DNA of 64,000 nucleotides from Spartobacteria bacterium (GCA_947482345.1 CANKJN010000001.1:1558-65557), one strand, 5' to 3'. Shown: positions 1 through 9,125, numbered from the stretch's first letter. The notes: generated by a model not told the origin, from the letters alone. Translations and numbers: made by a program.

Positions 1-952
1 CGCTGAGTGCGACAATTGAGGTGTTGACGGCCGAGAGAAGGAGAACCCCGAAAACAATGCTCACGACCCATCCGACAATATCCCCGATAACGGGACCGAA
101 GACATTCCCGGCAAAAATCTGGGCCATGTAGCGGAGCATGTAGTCGCGCACCCCCTCGGCACCGGGTGCATTGACCTCCCCGTGCATGGCAACCAAGCCG
201 GGCAATGCCGCCATGGCCAGGCCGAGCAGCGCCGTGAAAAGACAGACTTCAATCATGACGACCACCAGGGCCTTGGTGGCGGTCTTGGAGACATTCGGCT
301 TCTGAGGGGAACTTCCCGGATTCAGCTTCATGATGCCGGTGGAGTTGGCGATCGCCTCGACTCCCGAGAGTGCTAGCACGATGGCCACAAAGGCATTCCA
401 GTTGTGAAAGAATCCGCCCTGCAGCGGTTGGGTGTGGGCAACCGCATCACCAAGGTGAGGAATGGCGAAAATACCGAGGAGCACGACGACGATCGCGGTG
501 GGAACCGAGACCAAGACGGCAAGGCCTCCGGTGTGCTTGGGCCCGAAGAAATTCAAGGCGCCGATCAGCAGGATGGATCCCGCCGCGAAATACTGCGGAT
601 AAGGCACGCCGAGATAGAGGAAGGCGGAGAGGGCGCTGACCGCGGCCGTCACCACATAGTCGGCCACCAGCAGGAAAGCGCCGACTATCGAAATGATCTC
701 GGAACGGTGACGGACGCTCGCGTAGACACCTCCCCCGTTGGGGTAATGCCGGCAAATGGTGATGTAGTTGTAACCGACAAGGGCCGTCAGCAGGCACATC
801 GCGCCGATCAGCCACGGGGAGCTGTAACCCGCCACCGCGAAGGCGAGACCGATGACGTAGGCCTTGCTAGTTCCCCAGTCGCCGTAAAGGATCGCCGCCG
901 CCCTCTTCCAGTCGACATCCCTGGGACGCGTCGTTGTGGTGCTGAACTCCAT
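1..952 (-). CDS. APC-superfamily amino acid/cation permease, N-terminal ~317 codons (3' end beyond left edge)
   Basis: Absent from the ORF track because there is no stop in the window. The reverse-complement frame starts at ATG (950-952) and stays open to position 1: MEFSTTTTRPRDVDWKRAAAILYGDWGTSKAYVIGLAFAVAGYSSPWLIGAMCLLTALVGYNYITICRHYPNGGGVYASVRH... It has repeated hydrophobic helices and a PNGGGVY-type motif typical of APC permeases. Confidence 0.7.
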   Translation of the reverse strand, partial: MEFSTTTTRPRDVDWKRAAAILYGDWGTSKAYVIGLAFAVAGYSSPWLIGAMCLLTALVGYNYITICRHYPNGGGVYASVRHRSEIISIVGAFLLVADYVVTAAVSALSAFLYLGVPYPQYFAAGSILLIGALNFFGPKHTGGLAVLVSVPTAIVVVLLGIFAIPHLGDAVAHTQPLQGGFFHNWNAFVAIVLALSGVEAIANSTGIMKLNPGSSPQKPNVSKTATKALVVVMIEVCLFTALLGLAMAALPGLVAMHGEVNAPGAEGVRDYMLRYMAQIFAGNVFGPVIGDIVGWVVSIVFGVLLLSAVNTSIVALS

Positions 953-1067
953 AAAAAATTAGCGGGTCGTCTTAAGCCGGGTCATGGCCACACAATTCAC
1001 AGGATGCACGGGGAAGATGTCGGCAGCACCCGTTTTTTCATTCTTCATTCTGCCTTTTTCCTTCTGC

Positions 1068-1538
1068 TCAGTGGCCGCCGCAGCACCCACCCTCGGGTCG
1101 GCTGGTTTCGGACGACGTGGCGGATGCGCCGCCGCAACAACCGCTCTGATCGTGAGCTTCGGGTTCCGGCCCGGAAGAACCACCCCCGCAGCAGCCTCCT
1201 TGGGAGGCTCCTCCTCCGCAGCATCCCTCGACCTGCTCCCCGATCAGGACGACCTCAAGGCCGATCTGCTGGAGTCCAAGCTGATCTCGGGCGCGCCCAA
1301 GGAAACCGAGAGCCCTCTCCGAGGGTTCGTGGGAGGCACGCAGTTCGATGCGGACGGGTTTCCCCGCAAGGTGGGGGAAGTTTTCCTTCATCTCGCCGTC
1401 GAGGATGAAGGAGACGTAGGCGTTGAGCTTTTCCTGGAGCTGCCATAACTGGCGCTCACCATGCTCCCAAGGGCGTGTCTCGAACATGGCGAGAACAAGG
1501 ATATCCTCGCGGGTGTCATGGGCGAAGGCATCGAGCAT
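1068..1538 (-). CDS. Hypothetical protein with C-terminal Cys-Cys-Gly-Gly repeat tail
   Basis: Distal part of track ORF 1068..2060. The upstream part of that ORF overlaps the DUF420 gene in another frame and is Arg/Pro/His-rich shadow sequence. Start placed at the first ATG after the DUF420 stop (MLDAFAHDTREDILVLAMFETRPWEHGERQLWQLQEKLNAYVSF...); an alternative ATG lies at 1610. The tail reads EGCCGGGASQGGCCGGGSSGPEPEAHDQSGCCGGASATSSETSRPEGGCCGGH. Confidence 0.55.
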   Translation of the reverse strand: MLDAFAHDTREDILVLAMFETRPWEHGERQLWQLQEKLNAYVSFILDGEMKENFPHLAGKPVRIELRASHEPSERALGFLGRARDQLGLQQIGLEVVLIGEQVEGCCGGGASQGGCCGGGSSGPEPEAHDQSGCCGGASATSSETSRPEGGCCGGH

Positions 1539-1585
1539 CCCCGTGCGCTCGATCCCCGATCCCGCAGGTGGGCGGTTCTGCCCGG

Positions 1586-2023
1586 TCAGATCTTCGCGGA
1601 TGGAAACCATACGTAGAGCATGAAGTAGACGAGAACCCCGGTCACCGAGACATAGAGCCAGACGGGAAGCGTCCAGCGGGCCATCCGCTTGTGGGCCTCG
1701 AAACGCCGACGGACCGCGGGGATCACGGTCAGGATGATCAGGGGGAGTGCAATGATCGCAAGGGGCGTGTGGGTGCCAAGGATGAAGAAGTAGAGGGCCT
1801 TCGGCCAACCCGGGTAGGTGAAGTGGGTGACATGTCCCGCCTTCAGGTAGTGGTAGACCAAGTAGCAGGCCAGGAAGGCGGCCGAGGTAAGGATCGCCCC
1901 GATCATGCAGGCGGCGTGGGCCACCTTCCGTTCGGTCCTGATCATGACCCAGCCGGTGAGGATCAGCAGGGTGCTGAGGCTGTTGAGCGTGGCGTTGACC
2001 GCCGGGAGATCGTTGACGTTCAT
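1586..2023 (-). CDS. DUF420-type integral membrane protein (oxidase-associated)
   Basis: 145 aa with four hydrophobic helices (LSTLLILTGWVMI, AACMIGAILTSAAFLACYLVY, ALYFFILGTHTPLAIIALPLIILTV, WTLPVWLYVSVTGVLVYFMLY). ATGA start/stop overlap with the upstream ORF at 2020-2023. This family commonly accompanies aa3 oxidase operons. Confidence 0.8.
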   Translation of the reverse strand: MNVNDLPAVNATLNSLSTLLILTGWVMIRTERKVAHAACMIGAILTSAAFLACYLVYHYLKAGHVTHFTYPGWPKALYFFILGTHTPLAIIALPLIILTVIPAVRRRFEAHKRMARWTLPVWLYVSVTGVLVYFMLYVWFPSAKI

Positions 2024-2292
2024 GCGTCGGCCCGCGCCTCCCGCCGGGCCTCATACTCACGGAAGCGGTCGTACTGACGGCAGTAGCTGATCAGGTAGGC
2101 GACCATGAGGCCGATCACCGTAAAAACGAGGCCGAGCAGGAGCAGCGTGCTGGAGGAGAAAGCCATCTTGGAGGTCATGGTCTGCGGCTCGATCAGGCCG
2201 CCGGAACTCTTGAGGGCGCAATCAGGGCAGGCAACCGCCACCGTGATGGCGGCGAACCAGAGAGCGAGAGTGAGAATCTTGGCGAGGTTCAT
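2020..2292 (-). CDS. Small two-helix membrane protein with CPDC motif
   Basis: 90 aa. N-terminal hydrophobic segment followed by ACPDCALK, a second TM (LLLLGLVFTVIGLMVAYLISY), and a charged tail. Packed between the SCO and DUF420 genes. Confidence 0.55.
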   Translation of the reverse strand: MNLAKILTLALWFAAITVAVACPDCALKSSGGLIEPQTMTSKMAFSSSTLLLLGLVFTVIGLMVAYLISYCRQYDRFREYEARREARADA

Positions 2293-2313
2293 GGCAAGCG
2301 TGCGTCTCCGGGG

Positions 2314-2958
2314 TTATTTCGGGGAGGCAGTTCCTGTCATAGGTTCCCTGAGCAGTCCCCCGATGTCCATGAAAAGCTTCTGGACGAGTTCGGGCTCATC
2401 CAGATTCCTGCTCTTGCGGATCCTCCCCTCCCGGTCGATCACGAGGAACCGGGTCGAGTGGGTCGGGACGTTGTTGGGATCCTTCGCCAGCACCTGAAGC
2501 ATCCCGCGCTGCGTGAAGTCCTCGATCTCCTTCTGCGGGCCGGTCAGGAAGATCCAGCGCCCGGGGTCGGCATTCAGGCGTGAGGCGTACTGCGCCAGCA
2601 CCTCCGGGGTGTCATGGGTCGGATCAATCGAGACGGAGACAAGGCGCACATCCTTGGTCTTGTTCAGAGCCCGGGAAACCTCCGCCATGCGGGAAGTCAT
2701 CACAGGGCAGGGGCCGGGGCAGCGGGTGAAGAAGAAGTCGACGACCCAGACCTTACCCAGCAGGTCGGCGCGGGTCAGCGGCTTCCCCTCCTGGGTGGTG
2801 AAGCGGAACTCGGGCACATTCCCTAGCGGGGCCGTCTCCTCGATGTCCCGGCGCTCGGAAGCCTTGAAAATCCTTGCGGCCGCCGTGATCAGCACGACCG
2901 CCACCAGAAAGGCAACGACCCATGCCGTGAGAGGCAGGCGCTGCGGTTGTTTGCTCAC
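2314..2958 (-). CDS. SCO1/SenC family copper chaperone (CuA assembly)
   Basis: 214 aa. N-terminal TM anchor, thioredoxin-like fold, and the CxxxC copper motif in FFFTRCPGPCPVMTSRM. Confidence 0.9.
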   Translation of the reverse strand: MSKQPQRLPLTAWVVAFLVAVVLITAAARIFKASERRDIEETAPLGNVPEFRFTTQEGKPLTRADLLGKVWVVDFFFTRCPGPCPVMTSRMAEVSRALNKTKDVRLVSVSIDPTHDTPEVLAQYASRLNADPGRWIFLTGPQKEIEDFTQRGMLQVLAKDPNNVPTHSTRFLVIDREGRIRKSRNLDEPELVQKLFMDIGGLLREPMTGTASPK

Positions 2959-2971
2959 GGGATGACCCTGA

Positions 2972-3625
2972 TCAGACGAGATAGAGGATCACGTAGAGGA
3001 AGACCCAGACCACATCGACGAAGTGCCAGTAGAGACCGACATTCTCGAGGGCGACGTGGCGCTGCGGCGTGAAGAAGCGCTTGGTGACCTGAAGATAGAA
3101 GCACCAGAGGATCAGCAGCACGCCGATGCAGACGTGGGCGCCGTGGAATCCGGTGAGGGCAAAGAAGGTCGATCCGTAGATGCCCCCCTTGTTGAACCAG
3201 AGGCCCTCGTGGTAGAGCTCGGTCCACTCGATGCACTGGATGCCGACAAAGGTCGCACCCATCAGCGCCGCGGTAAGAATCCAACCCGCGCCGGACTTGC
3301 CCTTCTTCACCGCCACTTCGGCGAAGTGGTAGGCGAAGGAACTGCTGACGAGGATCACCGTGTTGATGCCGGTGAGGAGCTTGGGCATCGGAGGAAGATG
3401 AATGCCGTCGCCGAAATCGGGGGGCCAGCATCCCGCGGCCTGCCTCAGGACGAGGTAGGCGGAGATGAGCCCTCCGAAGAGCATCGCCTCGGAGCAGAGG
3501 AAGATGATCGTGCCGAGCTTGCAGATCGACGGGGGTGTCGGCGGGTACGCGTGGGCATGATCGTCATGCGCCTCGGGCTGCGGTGCGTGGAAGAGGGAAG
3601 CGTCGTTGTAGGCGGCTTGGTTCAT
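2972..3625 (-). CDS. ctaE: Cytochrome c oxidase subunit III
   Basis: 217 aa, multi-TM. C-terminal signature LENVGLYWHFVDVVWVFLYVILY is typical of subunit III. Confidence 0.9.
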   Translation of the reverse strand: MNQAAYNDASLFHAPQPEAHDDHAHAYPPTPPSICKLGTIIFLCSEAMLFGGLISAYLVLRQAAGCWPPDFGDGIHLPPMPKLLTGINTVILVSSSFAYHFAEVAVKKGKSGAGWILTAALMGATFVGIQCIEWTELYHEGLWFNKGGIYGSTFFALTGFHGAHVCIGVLLILWCFYLQVTKRFFTPQRHVALENVGLYWHFVDVVWVFLYVILYLV

Positions 3626-3646
3626 CTTGGGAAAATCGGTCGGAAA

Positions 3647-3769
3647 TCAGTAAGCCACGGCTGGGCCACGGCGTAACATCATGACCACGACCAGGGCACA
3701 GAGGGCGAGCGCAAAAAGCAACAATCCGGCCAGGATCAGGTATTGGTGACGTCGTCTCGGTGCGGTCAT
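3647..3769 (-). CDS. Possible 40-aa single-pass membrane peptide (below ORF-track cutoff)
   Basis: My own translation: MTAPRRRHQYLILAGLLLFALALCALVVVMMLRRGPAVAY, followed by a stop. It fills the gap between ctaB and ctaE and could be a small oxidase subunit. Confidence 0.35.
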   Translation of the reverse strand: MTAPRRRHQYLILAGLLLFALALCALVVVMMLRRGPAVAY

Positions 3770-3789
3770 GAGATGAAATCAGTGCTATC

Positions 3790-4689
3790 TTAGAGTCGGA
3801 AGGCGACGAGGGCTCCGAGGAGAAGCGGGAGGTAGATGATTGAGGCGAAAAACAACCTCTTCGCCGATGAGGCCGTCCGTGTTCTCACGAAATCCCCCGC
3901 CATGAAGAGCATCGCCGCCCCTAGGGCCAGTGCCGCGAAAAAATACCACGGGGAGGCATACCCGAAGAGTCCCGGCAGGAGGGAGACCGCAAGCAGGGCG
4001 GCGGCATAGATGAGCGACTGCCAGGAAGTGGCCCAACCCTCGGGATCGCGCGTGCTGAGCATCCGGAATCCCGCGGCGGCATACTGGTCGCGATAGAGCC
4101 AGGCGATCGCAAGAAAATGGGGCATCTGCCAGAACCAGAGGATCAGGAAAAGCAGCCATCCGCCGAGTCCCGTGTGGCCCGTGGCGGCGGTCCATCCGAG
4201 GAGTGGAGGCAGGGCTCCCGGCACCGCACCGAGCAGGGTATTGAGCTCACTCACGCGCTTGAGCGGCGTGTAGAGGGCGGCGTAAATGAGAATGGTCAGG
4301 AAGGATAGGAACGCCGTGATCGGATTCACCATCAGGGCCAGCAGGGCCACCCCGCTTCCGGAGCAGAGCAGACCGAAGAGCAAGGCATCGGAGGGATGCA
4401 TCCTGCGCGCGGGAAGCGGCCGGTCGAGGGTGCGCGGCATCAGGGCATCGAGGTCGCGCTCGAGCCACTGATTGAGCGCGGAGGCACCGGCGGCGCTGAG
4501 GGCCGTCCCGATCAGGGTGGCGCCCAGGAGGATGTAATCCATCGGGCCGTGCCATCCGAGCATGAAGCCGACCAGTGTTGTCAGCAGGACCAGCAGGGAG
4601 AGGCGCGCCTTGGAGAGCTCCCCGAGATCGGAAAGGATCGTGGCCTGCTTGGCCTCGTTGGTGGCGGGGGTGGTGGAATCAGCACTCAT
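3790..4689 (-). CDS. ctaB: Protoheme IX farnesyltransferase (heme O synthase)
   Basis: Real start taken at MSADSTTPATNEAK (ATG 4687-4689), in an ATGA overlap with the ctaA stop. UbiA-type motif NQWLERDLDALMPRTLDRPLP. The upstream 63 codons of the track ORF are a shadow extension. Confidence 0.9.
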   Translation of the reverse strand: MSADSTTPATNEAKQATILSDLGELSKARLSLLVLLTTLVGFMLGWHGPMDYILLGATLIGTALSAAGASALNQWLERDLDALMPRTLDRPLPARRMHPSDALLFGLLCSGSGVALLALMVNPITAFLSFLTILIYAALYTPLKRVSELNTLLGAVPGALPPLLGWTAATGHTGLGGWLLFLILWFWQMPHFLAIAWLYRDQYAAAGFRMLSTRDPEGWATSWQSLIYAAALLAVSLLPGLFGYASPWYFFAALALGAAMLFMAGDFVRTRTASSAKRLFFASIIYLPLLLGALVAFRL

Positions 4690-5729
4690 GCCGTGACTGG
4701 GCGGGCGTGCCACTCCGCGGAGCAGAAAAGCCGGAAGGTGAGCAGGATGACAAATCCCGTAAGCAGTGCCCCGAGCGCCACATGGGTCGTGGCGACATCG
4801 GCCGCCTTGTTGAACCAGATGGTCATTCCGCCCAGCAGGATCTGAAGCAGGATCGCGCCGACCCAGAGGAGGCACCATCCGCGAAGCCAGTGACCGAGCG
4901 GCGTCACCTGCAGGGCCTTGTTCGTAAAAATCAGGATGACGATGAAGAGGAGGACAGCCCCGGCGCGGTGGAGAAGTTGGAGGTGGATCTGCCCTGCGCT
5001 GACGGGAGCGATCCGGTCGGCGGCGCGCTGTGCATTGATCTTCGCCAACGAGGCGGAATCGGTCGCAGGGATCAGCGTGCCGTAGGCGGCGGGAAAGTCA
5101 CGGATCGCGAGCGGTGCGTGCTGATGACGGATGGTCGCGGCGACACCGAGTTGGAAATAGGTGAGCAGTAGGGCCGCCACGCAGAGCCACCTTAGGGAAC
5201 CGGCCGCAGGATCTCGTGACCACTTTCCGCTCAGGAAGCCACGCCCCGTAACGGCCGTGATGATCAGCAGCAGACCGAAGAAGCTCTGGGCCAGCAGGGC
5301 GTGGAAGATCCCGATCTGGTCCTTGTAGAGGGTGACACGCAGCCCACCCAGGAGACCCTGCACGCAGACCAGGATCACGGCGGCGATCGTGAGCCACTTG
5401 ACCCAAGTGCGTCCTTCTTTCCAGAGAGCGACGGCGGCGAGGATCAGGGCGATCAACCCAACGCCCGAGGCGATGAGACGGTGAGAGTGTTCCCAGAAGA
5501 TACCCCCCACCCACTTCGAGTAGGGAAAGCGGAACATGTTGTAGCCGTAGGTGGTCGGCCAGTCCGGCACCGACATGCCGACTCCCTTCGAGGTGACAAG
5601 TCCCCCGACGACGATGAGCAGGAAGGTGCTCAGGGCGCCGATCACCGCGATGCGGTGAACCGCCCGGGATCCCGTCAGGTGCGGGTTCCCGGCGCCGGAG
5701 TTCGTGGCTTCCACGGTGCCCGGGCCCAT
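4686..5729 (-). CDS. ctaA: Heme A synthase (COX15/CtaA family)
   Basis: Distal 347 codons of track ORF 4686..7013, starting MGPGTVEATNSG 8 nt after the coxA stop. Multi-TM with conserved His segments (WEHSHRLIASG, IFHALLAQ, ATIRHQH, ATTHVALGA). The upstream part of the track ORF overlaps coxA out of frame. Confidence 0.85.
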   Translation of the reverse strand: MGPGTVEATNSGAGNPHLTGSRAVHRIAVIGALSTFLLIVVGGLVTSKGVGMSVPDWPTTYGYNMFRFPYSKWVGGIFWEHSHRLIASGVGLIALILAAVALWKEGRTWVKWLTIAAVILVCVQGLLGGLRVTLYKDQIGIFHALLAQSFFGLLLIITAVTGRGFLSGKWSRDPAAGSLRWLCVAALLLTYFQLGVAATIRHQHAPLAIRDFPAAYGTLIPATDSASLAKINAQRAADRIAPVSAGQIHLQLLHRAGAVLLFIVILIFTNKALQVTPLGHWLRGWCLLWVGAILLQILLGGMTIWFNKAADVATTHVALGALLTGFVILLTFRLFCSAEWHARPVTA

Positions 5730-5737
5730 GGCGGGAC

Positions 5738-7513
5738 TCAGTGGGCCTCCAGCGTGACGTGGGCGGGAGCCTTCTCGTTCTGCGGAAGGAAGTCCTTCTG
5801 AAGACCGGGCACGCTGTACTCGTAGGGGCCGTGGTAGACGGTCGGCGTGACGGGGAAGTTCCCGTGCTGGATCGGATGGGAGAGCGTCCACTCGAGGGTG
5901 GTCGAATTCCAGGGATTGGCTGGTGCGTCGGGGGCCTTGCGGAGGCTCATGACGAGATTCACCACGAAGGGGATGGTTGCCAGTCCGAGTCCGATCGCGC
6001 CGATCGTGCAGACCACGTTGAGCGGCTGAAGCTGGCGCAGGCAGTCGTAGACGGTCGGGTCGGCGATGCGGCGCATCATGCCGCCGAGGCCGAGGTTGTG
6101 CATCGGGAAGAAGGTGAGGTTGAAGAAGACAAAGGTCATCCAGAAGTGGATCCAACCGAGGGTGTTGTCGAACATCCGGCCCGTCATCTTGGGGAACCAG
6201 AAGTAGATCGCCGCGAAGATCGCGAACATGGACCCGCCGAAGAGAACGTAGTGGAAGTGGGCGACGATGAAGTAGGTGTGGTGGACGAAGAGGTCGACCG
6301 GCGTGGAGGCCATGAAGATGCCGGAGAGACCGCCGATCACGAACATCGAGACGAAGGAGACCGCGAAGGCCATCGGGACGGTGTAGTGGATCGATCCGCG
6401 CCAGATGGTGCCCATCCAGTTGAAGGTCTTGATAGCGCTCGGCACGGCGATGACCATCGTCGAGACGGAGAAGGCGGCGCTGAGGGTCAGGTTCATTCCG
6501 CTGACATACATGTGGTGTCCCCAGACGATGAAGCCGAGGAAGCCGATCGCGATCATCGCCCAGACCATCGCCTTGTAGCCGAAGACCGGCTTGCGGGAGT
6601 TCACCGAGAGGATCTCGGAGGTCAGACCCATCGCGGGGAGGATCAGGATGTAGACCTCGGGGTGGCCGAAGAACCAGAAGAGATGCTGCCAGAGCAGCGG
6701 CTGCCCTCCACCCTGGGGCTTGTAGAAGCTGGTTCCGAGATTCAGGTCGAAGATGATGAGTGCGGCCGCGGCCGAGAGGACGGGGATCGCGAGGATGAGC
6801 AGGATCGCCGTCAGGAAGATCGCCCAGACGGGAAGCGGCATCCGGAACATCGTCATGCCGGGGGCGCGCATCGTGATCACGGTGGTGATGTAGTTGACGG
6901 CTCCGGTCAGTGAGGAGAGTCCGTTGACGAAGAGAGCCACGCACCAGAGCGTCTGTCCCATCGGGGTCTGGTTGTAGGCGGCCACACTGCTGAGAGGGGC
7001 GTAGCCGGTCCAACCCGTGCCGGGAGCGCCGCCCGGCACCCAGAAGGAGGACATCATGATCACGCCGGAGAGCGCGAAGAGCCAGTAACTCAACTCGTTG
7101 AGGGCGGGAAACGCCATGTCACCGGCACCGATCTTGAGCGGGATGAGGAAGTTGCCGAAGACGCCGATGAGAAGAGGCATCGCGACAAAGAAGACGAGGA
7201 TCGTCCCGTGCATGGTCACGAGCACGTTGTAGCCGCTGGGCATGATCGCTCCCTCGTCATTGACGATGCCGGAGGGAAGGAGATGCCCGAGCACGGGGAT
7301 CGGATGACCCGGGAAACCCAACTGCCAGCGCATCGCCACGGCCATGGCCCCGCCGATGAGCAGGAAAAAGACAGCCGAGACGAGGAACTGCATCGCGATC
7401 ACCTTGTGGTCGGTGTTCCAGATCCAGTGCATGATGCCAGGTTTGCCGTGGCCATGGTCATCGCCATGGTGGGCGGGGGCTGCGTGACTGTCGGCGGTGA
7501 CGGAAGCGCTCAT
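5738..7513 (-). CDS. ctaD: Cytochrome c oxidase subunit I (A-type heme-copper oxidase)
   Basis: 591 aa with classic motifs: WFFGHPEVYILILPAMG, GFIVWGHHMY, YFIVAHFHYVLFGG. Confidence 0.97.
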   Translation of the reverse strand: MSASVTADSHAAPAHHGDDHGHGKPGIMHWIWNTDHKVIAMQFLVSAVFFLLIGGAMAVAMRWQLGFPGHPIPVLGHLLPSGIVNDEGAIMPSGYNVLVTMHGTILVFFVAMPLLIGVFGNFLIPLKIGAGDMAFPALNELSYWLFALSGVIMMSSFWVPGGAPGTGWTGYAPLSSVAAYNQTPMGQTLWCVALFVNGLSSLTGAVNYITTVITMRAPGMTMFRMPLPVWAIFLTAILLILAIPVLSAAAALIIFDLNLGTSFYKPQGGGQPLLWQHLFWFFGHPEVYILILPAMGLTSEILSVNSRKPVFGYKAMVWAMIAIGFLGFIVWGHHMYVSGMNLTLSAAFSVSTMVIAVPSAIKTFNWMGTIWRGSIHYTVPMAFAVSFVSMFVIGGLSGIFMASTPVDLFVHHTYFIVAHFHYVLFGGSMFAIFAAIYFWFPKMTGRMFDNTLGWIHFWMTFVFFNLTFFPMHNLGLGGMMRRIADPTVYDCLRQLQPLNVVCTIGAIGLGLATIPFVVNLVMSLRKAPDAPANPWNSTTLEWTLSHPIQHGNFPVTPTVYHGPYEYSVPGLQKDFLPQNEKAPAHVTLEAH

Positions 7514-7517
7514 GGGC

Positions 7518-8453
7518 TTAGAGGGTATTCTTTGCGGGAGATGCGGTCAAGGTGGCGGCCTTTGGAGCCGTGGAAGCGGCCTGGGGGGCCGAAGGCGCTG
7601 AAGGGGCGGGCTGTGCCGGGCCGGCGTTCTTCTGCTGTCGGGGGGTCAGCCATTTCTGGAACTCCTCTTCGGTGACCACACGGATCGGCGCCTTCATGTT
7701 GTAGTGGCCGGTTCCGCAGAGTTGGTTGCAGGCCAGCTGGAACTCGCCCGTGCGGGTGGCCTGGAACCAGACCCAAGCGATCGTGCGGCCCGGCACGCAG
7801 TCCTGGTAGAGGCGGAACTCGGGAACGTAGAAGGAGTGGATCACGTCGCGGGCGTGGAGCAGGAGATGGACAGGCCTGCCGACCGGAATGACCAGTTCGG
7901 GCGCCACCACATCCTGCGCGGTGAGCGGGTTTTCCGGATCCGTTCCGAAGCGGTTCTCGGGGCCGATCTTACGGACATCCATGGGGGCGAGTTTCCCGCT
8001 GATGCCGGGATAGCGCATATCCCAGCCGAACTGGTAGCTGGAGACGTCAATGACGAGCGAGTTCTCGGGCGCGGGACGGTGGATGTTCTCCCAGATGCGG
8101 TTACCGTAGATAGCGAGCGCCAGGAAGACGAGGGTCGGGGCCGTGGTCCAGATGATCTCGAGCGTGTTGTTCCCATGGCTGTAGTGGGCGGGAACGCCGG
8201 GACGGCGGCGGTACTTGATGAGGTAGTAGACGTATGTGACCTGGGTGAGCACGAAGATCACGGCGCAGAGCCAGAAGATGATCTTGATCAGGTCGTCGAT
8301 CTGCTCGCCTACCGTCGTGACGCAGGGAGGAAGTAGGTAGACATTGCCGGAGCGCTGCTCCGCCATGAGCGAGGAGGCCGCCAGCACCGGCAGCAGCAGG
8401 AACGCCCCGGAGAGGATCCGGGTGAACGGGCGGCGGAAGGAAAACTCTCTCAT
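7518..8453 (-). CDS. ctaC: Cytochrome c oxidase subunit II
   Basis: 311 aa. Two N-terminal TMs and the CuA centre (VIHSFYVPEF ... CNQLCGTGHYNM). Ala/Pro/Ser-rich C-terminal tail. Confidence 0.93.
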   Translation of the reverse strand: MREFSFRRPFTRILSGAFLLLPVLAASSLMAEQRSGNVYLLPPCVTTVGEQIDDLIKIIFWLCAVIFVLTQVTYVYYLIKYRRRPGVPAHYSHGNNTLEIIWTTAPTLVFLALAIYGNRIWENIHRPAPENSLVIDVSSYQFGWDMRYPGISGKLAPMDVRKIGPENRFGTDPENPLTAQDVVAPELVIPVGRPVHLLLHARDVIHSFYVPEFRLYQDCVPGRTIAWVWFQATRTGEFQLACNQLCGTGHYNMKAPIRVVTEEEFQKWLTPRQQKNAGPAQPAPSAPSAPQAASTAPKAATLTASPAKNTL

Positions 8454-8462
8454 CGTGTGAAC

Positions 8463-9104
8463 TTATTTGGCGGGGGCCTGGGTGCCTTTGGCGGGAGGGA
8501 TGGCCAGCAACTGGGCCTGGGTCCAGGCCTCGCTCTGGGACGCGTGCTCCTTCCGGAGGCTCGCGACGAAGGCGGGGTCGACTGCGGAGGCCTTGTTCCC
8601 CCACTCCGAGCGGATGTAGGTGAGGATCGAGGCGATCTGGTCGTCGCTGAGCTGCTTCCACTGGGGCATGGCGTTGTTGTAGTTGGCCCCCATGACCTGC
8701 ATCGGACCCTGATGGCCGTGGAGCATCAGCAGGACGAGATGGTTCTCACCCTGCTTGTCGCCGCCGTTGACCCACTCGCTTCCGGCAAGGGGAGGAAACT
8801 GACCGGCCACACCCTGTCCGTTGGCCTGATGGCAGACAACGCAGTTCTGGCTGTAGAGACGCTTGCCCACGACCTTGGGATCAACGGGTGCGGCGGCTTG
8901 CGTGCCGCCACCGGTCCAACTCACCGCGTTGGACTCGTAGACATCCTGGCGGAACCCGCCGCTGTTGAAGGCGAGGTAGAAGCCGCCCCAGAAGATCGCG
9001 ACGATGAAGGCGCCGACGAGCCATGGGGAAAGGGGCGCACCGGAATTCCCGGAGGATTCCCCTCCACCGCACTCCTGCTTGTGATTGTGTTGATCGTGAT
9101 TCAC
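8463..9104 (-). CDS. Membrane-anchored monoheme cytochrome c (CcoP/FixP-like N-terminus)
   Basis: 213 aa. His-rich N-terminus, one TM (WLVGAFIVAIFWGGFYLAF), and a single CxxCH (NCVVCHQANGQG) with a distal Met region (NNAMPQW). Confidence 0.8.
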   Translation of the reverse strand: MNHDQHNHKQECGGGESSGNSGAPLSPWLVGAFIVAIFWGGFYLAFNSGGFRQDVYESNAVSWTGGGTQAAAPVDPKVVGKRLYSQNCVVCHQANGQGVAGQFPPLAGSEWVNGGDKQGENHLVLLMLHGHQGPMQVMGANYNNAMPQWKQLSDDQIASILTYIRSEWGNKASAVDPAFVASLRKEHASQSEAWTQAQLLAIPPAKGTQAPAK

Positions 9105-9125
9105 GGCTGATCGTTCTGGATCGTT

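Noticed and set aside
5730-7013. N-terminal 428 codons of track ORF 4686..7013. Similar long N-terminal extensions occur on ORFs 1068..2060, 3790..4878, 13470..14339 and 44229..45602.
   Set aside because: These extensions overlap the upstream, clearly genuine genes (coxA, DUF420, ctaA, actC, nuoC) in another frame and are Arg/Pro/His-rich. Real starts were placed at the first start codon after, or overlapping, the upstream stop.
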